A DNA stretch of 32,048 bases, taken from a virus. Its lineage: Duplodnaviria > Caudoviricetes. Below are positions 25,421 to 32,048 of the stretch, one piece after another; within the stretch, counting starts at the first letter, position 1, and each line of letters opens with the position of its first letter. Location: positions 1 through 32,048 of IMG/VR virus record IMGVR_UViG_3300037465_000244. The stretch is one strand, 5' to 3'. Position numbers and translations under genes: made by a program. The notes under the pieces were generated by a model, which did no database searches, was not told the origin of the DNA, and saw only the letters and a list, made by a program, of their open reading frames with translations.

Positions 25421-27049
25421 GTGTTTCCGCCTGCCCAGCCACAACCGCAGCCACAGCCGCAACCGCAGCCGCAGTTAGCCGGGTTCCAGTTCGTTTACAC
25501 GCCAGCGTTTCAGGCGGCCGTGACTACTGCTGCAGCGGCGGCCGCCGTGACGCCGGCCGTCGCCGCGGCAGCAGCGAGAGGTGCCGCCAGGGCGCCTGGC
25601 CTTTTCCGGCAGCAGCCGTCGCGGGGCGGTCCGGTGAGTGACTCACGGTCCGCGGTCAACGCCGGCCTTTCCGCCGCCGCCGGTCTGGGCGGCGGCGTCA
25701 CGGCGCTCGCCACGGCCGCGGACCCGTTCAGCACGGTCCCCACCTTCACAGCTAGCCTCAAGGGCGTGGCGATCGAGGCCGGCCAATCGCTGCTGCCGGC
25801 CCTCGACCAGGTGTCGATGGCGCTCCAGGACTTTGAGCGGTTTCTCGAACGGGTTGACCCCCAGCTCAAATCGTTCCTTGGCCAGTGGGCCGTGTGGGGC
25901 ACGCTGTCGGCCGGGGCGGCGCTGGCCGCGATCAAGCTCGGCGCGGCGCTGTGGACCGTGGTCAAGGGGGTCGGTGCCCTCTCCCTGGCGCTGGCCACAA
26001 CCCCGTGGGGCTTCGTCGCGGTCGGGGTGGCCGCCGTCAGCGCGCTGGCCTACTCCTGGCTTCAGGCCGGCGACAACGCCGAGCGGGCCAAGCGGATGTT
26101 CGGCCTGGCCGGCGAGCAGGCGGCCCGCGCCCGGCCGGAAAACGCGGTGGCGGCCGCCGACCTGGGCCGGCTGCCCGCGGACGTGCGGACCAAAATCGAG
26201 GCGGCCGGCGGCGACCGGGAGAAAGTCGCCGCCGAGCTGAATGCCTACCGCGACCGTACCAGGAAGGAGCTGGAAGACGCCAGGGCGGCGCAGGTGCCGC
26301 AGGCCATTGCCGGCGACCGCGCCCGCAGGCGGTTCGAGGAGCTGGCCGAGAAGGAGATGCCGGCGGTCCTGGAGAGCTTCTGGGCCAGGCTGCCGGCCAT
26401 CAACCGCCGCGGGCTGGGTGACAAGGAACATGACGATGAGATCCGCTGGGCGGCGATGATGACGTCGCTGGATGCTCAGCGCCGCATCCGCAAGGCCATG
26501 GCCGCCGAGGGGATAGAAATCCCTGCCGGTGAGGCCCAGGACGCCATGACCCGCCTGACGGTCTTCAAGGGGCTGGACGAGGAGCGTTATCAGGAGGTGT
26601 TCGGCCGGGAGTTCCACAGGGCCAACCCGTACACCGATTTCATGCGGCTGATCGGCCGGCCTCAGTTCGATTTTACCCCGCAGTCGGGGCCGGCCGCCGG
26701 CATCGGCGTCAAGCGCTATGAGGAGGAATCCAAACGGCTCAAAGATGCCGAGGACCGCGCCAGGTTCGCCGAGGATCTCGCGCGCAAGACCGGCGCGTCC
26801 GACCGGCTGACCCGCGACTTCCAGGGGCCGACGCCGTCGATCTTCTCCGACCCCGGCCAGCTCGCCGATCAGATCCAGCTGGCAGCCCTGACCGCAGGTG
26901 ACAAAACGGCCGAGAACCAGACGAAGCAGCTGGAGGCCGCCGTCAAGAGCGGCGAGCTGCTCCAGCAGATCCACGGGGCGATCGAGGCGCTGAGGCGCGA
27001 CGTCCAGCCGAGACACCTTCCCGCCGCCCCGGCGGGGGGGGGGTGGTGA
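25421..27049 (+). CDS. Tape measure protein (short, 542 aa)
   Basis: Ala-rich helical with hydrophobic stretch 'LATTPWGFVAVGVAAV'; follows the chaperones. Confidence 0.75.
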   Translation: MFPPAQPQPQPQPQPQPQLAGFQFVYTPAFQAAVTTAAAAAAVTPAVAAAAARGAARAPGLFRQQPSRGGPVSDSRSAVNAGLSAAAGLGGGVTALATAADPFSTVPTFTASLKGVAIEAGQSLLPALDQVSMALQDFERFLERVDPQLKSFLGQWAVWGTLSAGAALAAIKLGAALWTVVKGVGALSLALATTPWGFVAVGVAAVSALAYSWLQAGDNAERAKRMFGLAGEQAARARPENAVAAADLGRLPADVRTKIEAAGGDREKVAAELNAYRDRTRKELEDARAAQVPQAIAGDRARRRFEELAEKEMPAVLESFWARLPAINRRGLGDKEHDDEIRWAAMMTSLDAQRRIRKAMAAEGIEIPAGEAQDAMTRLTVFKGLDEERYQEVFGREFHRANPYTDFMRLIGRPQFDFTPQSGPAAGIGVKRYEEESKRLKDAEDRARFAEDLARKTGASDRLTRDFQGPTPSIFSDPGQLADQIQLAALTAGDKTAENQTKQLEAAVKSGELLQQIHGAIEALRRDVQPRHLPAAPAGGGW

Positions 27050-27052
27050 CCC

Positions 27053-28165
27053 GTGCCGCTCATCCCGATCCAGGGCACCAGCCTATACTTCCAGTTCTGG
27101 GACGTTGCCGAGTCGGAGGGCGGCCCGCAGGTGTCCGTGGCCGGCGGCAGCTCGCGGGTCGAGCGGCAAGTCCAGATCTTGCCCGGCTACATGGGCCTGG
27201 CCCGCCAGGTGTTCGTCGGCTACTCGCTGTTGCGGCAGCCCGTCAGCGGCACGAACAAGTGGATCTCCCGCGTCACCCCGCACGGCTATGAGGACGAGCA
27301 GCACCTGGACCCGGAGGGCAAGCCGTGGCTGTGGGCCAGGTCGGTCGAGCGGTCGCGCGCGCTTAACGTTTCGTCAATCAGCGCCTTCTCCGGCGCGCCG
27401 CGCGGGCTTCTCGACCTGGCGACCGTGGTCTACACCGACCTGCGTTACGACGTCGTGCCGGACACGTCGCCCTTGATGGCGTTCTCGCCGGACCCCGGCG
27501 GGCACATTGACCCCGGCACCGGGCTGATCGCCCCGCCGCAGCTTAACCCGCTAATCGGCGCGCCTGATGAGGCGACTCTCAACCGCTACGTCACCCGCCG
27601 TTACCAGTCACTGTCCCGCACGATCTCCTTGCCGCGGGCGATCCCCCGGTGGGTGTTGGAGCCAGGCGACACCAACTACACCGGCTCGACCCCCGGCCCG
27701 CCCGTGTTCCAGGGGTTCGGACGTACAGAGTCCGGCTCGGAGCTTCAGTACATCTGGCACGAGGTGCCTAACTTCGCGGCTGGCCCCGGTTCCAGGCCGG
27801 AGCCGTGCGTCGGCATGCCGACTATCGGTGAGATGCTCAACACCGTTAACCGCTACACGTTCGACGGTATCTACGAGCCGGGGACGTTGCTGTTTCATAA
27901 GTATGACATGCAGGAAGAGCGCAATGTCCGCGGTGAGCGGGTGTGGACGATCACCTACCACTTCCGCTACCTGCCCAAGTATAGCCGCGTCTCCGGCCTG
28001 GCCCGCGGCCACAACGCCTACCTCCGCGCCGTGCCGCGCGGCGGACCGCCGGCGACTGACACCTGGCTCGACTACAGAATCCTCACGCTGAACGGGCGGT
28101 CGGCCGGCCAGCGGACCTACCCCAGCAGCGACTTCGCCGACCTCTTCCGGCCGGAGTACCCATGA
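27053..28165 (+). CDS. Tail-tip/distal tail protein
   Basis: First gene after TMP; 'NTVN...F...PGTLLF...WTITYHF...GHN' pattern. Confidence 0.65.
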   Translation: MPLIPIQGTSLYFQFWDVAESEGGPQVSVAGGSSRVERQVQILPGYMGLARQVFVGYSLLRQPVSGTNKWISRVTPHGYEDEQHLDPEGKPWLWARSVERSRALNVSSISAFSGAPRGLLDLATVVYTDLRYDVVPDTSPLMAFSPDPGGHIDPGTGLIAPPQLNPLIGAPDEATLNRYVTRRYQSLSRTISLPRAIPRWVLEPGDTNYTGSTPGPPVFQGFGRTESGSELQYIWHEVPNFAAGPGSRPEPCVGMPTIGEMLNTVNRYTFDGIYEPGTLLFHKYDMQEERNVRGERVWTITYHFRYLPKYSRVSGLARGHNAYLRAVPRGGPPATDTWLDYRILTLNGRSAGQRTYPSSDFADLFRPEYP

Positions 28166-29457
28166 CCGGAGGCGGGCGACCCCCTGGGTGGCCGGGCCAG
28201 CCGTGGCGGCCCGAAACGGACTACCAGCCGGACGAGTTCGTCGGCGCGGAGGCCGACTCCCTGCCCAGCGGCAGCGCCAATATCCACACCTGGCTACCGC
28301 CCATCATCAACCTGGAGATCACCGGCCGGATGGGCGGGGGGGGGCAGTATTCCTGGCGAGAGGTCTACCTGCCGTCCAAGAAAGACGCCTGGGCCGACGC
28401 CGGCGGCGGCCGCGGCAGCGACACGCTGGGCGTACCGGCCGTCGAGGCCAACGGCCGCGCGGTCAAGACGGGCGGCGTCTACGAGGCCCGCCTGCACGAG
28501 TCCGGCGAGTACTACCTGTTCTGGGCCGGCGGCGAGGGTGACGACACGGTCCTGGCCCAGATCACCGAGGTGACCTGGTCCGGGTCGTGCCCGACCTACA
28601 CCGTCTTTCGCGTCTCCGCCGGCGCGGGTTGCGGCTACTCCGACGGCCCGTTCGCCCGCCACCGCCGCGGCTGCGTGACCCAGGCATTCCACGAGCAGGA
28701 AGTCGGCCTGGTCGCCGCGCCGCCGCCGTCCCCCCGCAAGGAGTACCCCGGCACCGCCGGGGAGGACGCTTCGGCCGGCACCGCCACCTGGTCCGACGTT
28801 GACTCGGCCCTCAACTCCGACGACTCCCACGCCGCCAGCACCACGACCGCCGGCCAGCAGACGCGCTACCTCAAGCTCACCGATTTCTGCTTCGCCCTGC
28901 CGACCTACGTCATGTCGGTCACCAACGTCGAAGTGCGGGTCGAGGCTAGGGCGTCCGCGTCGTCGTCAGTCCGCGACGCCGAGGTCAAGCTCATCGTCGG
29001 CGGGACGATCGGCGGCACCAGCAAGCACACCGGGACGGCCCTCACCACTTCGGACGCCGTCTACAGCTACAGCCACACGCCGTCCGCCTGGGGCCACGGC
29101 TCGCTGACGCCTGGCCAGGTCAACGCCTCGAACTTCGGCGTCGCCCTCCGCTACGAGAACTACTCCGGGGCGATGGCTGCCGTCTTAATCGACACCGTCG
29201 AGGTCCGCGTCTCGTTCACGCCTGCGTCGGACGCCGTGGTCGGCTCGTGCGTCGTCCGTCTGCGCTGGAACCCCGACGAGGAGTGCTGGCAGACCAACGA
29301 CCAGCCGCGGGTGGAGGTGGTGCGGAAGAAGACCCCGGAGGAAACCGAGGTGGTGGGCGGTGTGGTCTACTACAAGGGGTACCGCACCAGGGTGGCTCAA
29401 TTCGGCGGGGCGGTCACCTCGATCGAAGAGGTCCTGCTCCGCCCGCTCAACCCGTGA
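28162..29457 (+). CDS. Tail-tip protein with inserted jelly-roll-like module
   Basis: 'YSWREV...PAVEANG' N-domain; insert 'YLKLTDFCFALP...VEVRVE...VNASNFGVAL...IDTVEVRV'. Confidence 0.65.
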   Translation: MTGGGRPPGWPGQPWRPETDYQPDEFVGAEADSLPSGSANIHTWLPPIINLEITGRMGGGGQYSWREVYLPSKKDAWADAGGGRGSDTLGVPAVEANGRAVKTGGVYEARLHESGEYYLFWAGGEGDDTVLAQITEVTWSGSCPTYTVFRVSAGAGCGYSDGPFARHRRGCVTQAFHEQEVGLVAAPPPSPRKEYPGTAGEDASAGTATWSDVDSALNSDDSHAASTTTAGQQTRYLKLTDFCFALPTYVMSVTNVEVRVEARASASSSVRDAEVKLIVGGTIGGTSKHTGTALTTSDAVYSYSHTPSAWGHGSLTPGQVNASNFGVALRYENYSGAMAAVLIDTVEVRVSFTPASDAVVGSCVVRLRWNPDEECWQTNDQPRVEVVRKKTPEETEVVGGVVYYKGYRTRVAQFGGAVTSIEEVLLRPLNP

Positions 29458-29463
29458 GGCGCC

Positions 29464-30525
29464 GTGGCCGACGAGTCGCTACGGGTGAGCAGGCTGGCTG
29501 ACCGGGTCGAGTCGGCCTCGGGCGAGCGCGACGTCTACGTTTGGCGCGAGGGCAACCACTGCGGGGTTCCCGACGAGCCGTTCCTGGCCCAGCTAACGGA
29601 CGTCGTCCAGTCACCCAGCCTGGGCACGGCCAAGGTTTACGGCTTCGTCGCCCGCTGCCAAAAGGACTGGCTCGACGAGGTCGAGTTCGTCACCCACGAC
29701 TGCGGCTCGGGCAACACTGTCACCCTGTCGAAAGAGGTCAAGTTCCGGGGGAACAAGTTCGAGGATTGCGCGCCCTACGGCGAGCCGTGCCCCGAGGCGA
29801 CGCTGATCTACAACTACGCTACCGGCAGGTGGGAAGGCGAGCTTCCACTTCTGGAAGGCACCGCGTCGCTGGCGTTCTACTGCACCTGGGACGGCTTTGT
29901 CAAGTGGTGGCTGGAGGTGGCCGGCTGCGCCTACCCCGCCGCGGTCCTGCTGACCCCGACGTGTGTCTACCCGCCGAAGTGGACCGGCACGGGCAACGAG
30001 ATCTTCGGTGACTGCTGCCCGGAGGGCTTGCTGATGGTCCCGACGGTCTACACGATTGAGGCTCTCGTGGACCCGCTCTACGAGGGGCGGCTGGCTGATC
30101 ACGTCAACGGCATGGACGTGTACGCCTATGACGAGCACTGTGAGGCATCATGTCAGGAGTCAGCCGGCTGCTGTCCCGGCGTGCCGCTGGACTCACAGTG
30201 GGAATTCACCATATTCAACGTCTCGGGCTGCGGATGCGGTGCCGCCGTCGATGGCGGCTACACGTTCGGTAACGTTTGCCAGACGTTCGGTTTGAGCGGG
30301 TGTTCGACGGCTTTCACCTTGTGTCTGCTGTGCCAGCCTTACGGGAATGAGCGCACCTGGGAGCATTACCGCTTACAGATCGGGACTGGCGGGAAAATTT
30401 ACACACCATCGTCGGGGAGTTGCGACCCGGTCAGCGTGACTTTTCACGGCGTGGAGGTTATCCAAGACGTCGGCCCTTACGGTACGTGTGTCGGCACGAT
30501 CTCGGTGACGGTGACCCGGCCATGA
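29464..30525 (+). CDS. Cysteine-rich putative tail fibre/receptor-binding protein
   Basis: About 22 Cys in 353 aa; beta-rich; end of tail module. Confidence 0.65.
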   Translation: MADESLRVSRLADRVESASGERDVYVWREGNHCGVPDEPFLAQLTDVVQSPSLGTAKVYGFVARCQKDWLDEVEFVTHDCGSGNTVTLSKEVKFRGNKFEDCAPYGEPCPEATLIYNYATGRWEGELPLLEGTASLAFYCTWDGFVKWWLEVAGCAYPAAVLLTPTCVYPPKWTGTGNEIFGDCCPEGLLMVPTVYTIEALVDPLYEGRLADHVNGMDVYAYDEHCEASCQESAGCCPGVPLDSQWEFTIFNVSGCGCGAAVDGGYTFGNVCQTFGLSGCSTAFTLCLLCQPYGNERTWEHYRLQIGTGGKIYTPSSGSCDPVSVTFHGVEVIQDVGPYGTCVGTISVTVTRP

Positions 30526-31688
30526 CCACGGACGTCCATGACTGGTCCGACCCGCAATGGCACCTGCCCTACACGCGCCGGCCGTGCGACCACCCGAACG
30601 GCCCGCCCCGGCCGGGCTTGTGCGTCGTCTGCCGTCTCTACGTCAAGGACGCCCGCTACCGGGAGCTGTACGACGGCCGCCGCCCGGCCCGGCCCGGCCC
30701 GCCGCGCAACCCATCCCCGCCCTGGCCTCCGCCGCCGCCGCCGGCCCGCGACATGCTCCGCTGCGTCCATCTGGGCGGCCCCACCGGCGAAACGCGCTTC
30801 GCCGAGAAGGGGTTCGGCTGAAGGAAGACCAGGCAGAGGCTGAAGGTCTTCAGCTGCTCACTCCCGGAGATCGCCGAGACGGACGCCTGCCGCTGCGCCC
30901 TGTGCCCACGCCACGAGGAGCGACCGCGCGGGCCGTTCCCGGTGCGGGACCTGGCCTACTTTCTCTGCCCGGTCGAGGGGCCGGCCTGGCGACGAAACGT
31001 CGAGCGGCTGGTAAAATACTGGCATCTGTTCACCGGCAAGAAGGTCGTCTGCGTCGCGTCCGGCCCGGTCGTGTGCAAGGTCGCCGGCAAGCAAACGACG
31101 CGCAACACGGAGCCGCCGGCTGCCGCGCGGGCGGCGTTCCCGGCTGACCCCGACTTGGAGTTCATCGACGTGGCCAACGACGCCGGGCTGCGCGAGGTCA
31201 AGGGCCTCGTGCCGACGCTGGAGCGACTCCGGTCTACGGACCCCGGCCGGGCGGTGTTCCTGGCCCACACCAAGGGCGTGACCTACCCTGAGCCGCACGC
31301 GCTTGCCCACCGCTGGGCGGAGGTTATGTACGAATCGCTGCTTGGCCACTGGCCGGTCGTCGAGGCGGCGCTGTCCCGCTTCCCGGCCGCCGGCAGCTTC
31401 AAGCGGGTCGGCCAAACGCTCGGCGTGACCTGGCACTACTCCGGCTCGTTCTGCTGGCTGAGGTCGGCCGACCTGTTCGCCCGCGACTGGCGGCGGGTGG
31501 ACCAGCGCTGGTGGGGTGTCGAGAGCTACCCCGGCCGGCACTTCCACGAATCGGAAGCCGGCGTCGTGTTCATGTCCGCGAAGTTCCCCAACCTTGACCT
31601 TTACCGGCCCGAGTGCTGGCGCGAGGTCGTCGAGCCGGCGTGGGCCGCCTGGGTCGAAGCTAACAAGGACCGGAGGACCGCCCCATGA
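30522..31688 (+). CDS. Cys-rich N-domain plus glycosyltransferase-like C-domain, with in-frame UGA at 30819-30821
   Basis: ORFs 30522..30821 and 30942..31688 share a frame separated only by TGA; C-domain 'FLAHTKGVT...WHYSGSFCWLRS...ESYPG'. Confidence 0.6.
30833..30857 (+). promoter_or_regulatory. SECIS-like hairpin downstream of the in-frame UGA
   Basis: GCA[GAG]GCUGAA-GGUC-UUCAGC-UGC stem-loop 12-36 nt after UGA. Confidence 0.35.
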
Positions 31689-31767
31689 TAAAGCTCAATC
31701 TCGGGTCCGGCCGTCACCCGTCGGGGGGGGCTGGCTGAACGTAGATCTGGCTCCGCGGGAGGGGCTT
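31685..31767 (+). pseudogene. Class I SAM-methyltransferase N-terminal fragment, frameshifted and truncated
   Basis: GGAGG RBS, ATGA overlap; MIKLNLGSGRHP continues as GWLNVDL only after a shift in the G8 run 31723-31730. Confidence 0.7.
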
Positions 31768-31840
31768 TGTAACGCATCCGCTCCCTGAAACGCATTCGGG
31801 CGGCGTGAAACGTATTCGGCTTGCTTTGTAACGCAAAGCG
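31768..31840 (+). mobile_element. Probable transposon/IS end with repeated binding sites
   Basis: Starts TGT; four TG(T/A)AACG(C/T)A motifs at 31768, 31786, 31806 and 31827; GC content drops here. Confidence 0.4.
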
Positions 31841-31921
31841 TGGTGCCTGCCAGTGCAGGCGCCGCGCTGCTCTGCGCGCGTCTTGACTACGATTTCGTTG
31901 ACATCAACAGAGGATGCCGCC

Positions 31922-32047
31922 ATGTTCCTTGATGCTCGCTTGAGCAACTCTCCGCGATGGTTTCTTGAGAGGCCAGAGGACTGGGCCATGCGTGTTCCTG
32001 ACGTCGTCCGTAAGGGCGTCGTCTTCCTCGGGAGGACGATCACGCAA
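31922..32047 (+). CDS. 3'-truncated ORF, possibly a trypsin-like protease (alternative start 31988)
   Basis: AGAGGA RBS; 'MRVPDVVRKGVVFLG' resembles N-termini of stand-alone trypsin-like proteases; runs off the window. Confidence 0.35.
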   Translation, partial: MFLDARLSNSPRWFLERPEDWAMRVPDVVRKGVVFLGRTITQ

Positions 32048-32048
32048 G

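Noticed and set aside
7125-27016. Long minus-strand ORFs (7125..8801, 8326..9567, 13981..15381, 19106..20596, 21163..22629, 25643..27016)
   Set aside because: Antisense shadows of GC3-biased genes with no recognisable motifs
28336-28344. G9 tract as a phase switch in a tail gene
   Set aside because: Currently in frame (Gly run) in a probably essential gene; no evidence of variation from sequence alone
27047-29466. Stop-codon readthrough at TGA 27047 and TGA 29455 (next genes are in frame)
   Set aside because: Each downstream gene has its own start and RBS-like sequence 3-6 nt later; no split motif or hairpin like that at 30819
31764-31840. Mini-CRISPR array
   Set aside because: Repeats are only 9-14 bp with very short spacers
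1-32048. Genome-wide UGA reassignment
   Set aside because: TGA is the normal stop of most genes here, often in ATGA/GTGA overlaps
1-32048. Integrase, lysis cassette or tail sheath
   Set aside because: No supporting motifs found in this window

Overview
High-GC tailed-phage (prophage-like) late region, probably from a Planctomycetota/Gemmataceae host, judging from recurring TIGR02996-like 'ADWLEE.G' motifs and Cys-rich tail-tip proteins. Order: small accessory genes (tandem Ser-Arg/Trp repeat paralogs); a pre-terminase virion-appendage module ending in a 14x24-aa repeat protein; KTSC; terS; a split large terminase (ATPase gene with two LAGLIDADG inteins, plus a separate nuclease gene); a divergent TIGR02996/Arc-repressor cassette; a 1186-aa portal polyprotein linked by an apparent -1 frameshift to a PD-(D/E)xK nuclease with a candidate immunity gene; a structured leader RNA; prohead protease with nested scaffold; capsid, head-tail and siphovirus-type tail genes with a gpG/gpGT slippery site. 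Next comes a Cys-rich/glycosyltransferase-like gene interrupted by an in-frame UGA that is followed by a SECIS-like hairpin. The window ends with a broken methyltransferase cut by a probable transposon end. All calls are from motif recognition only; no database searches were run.
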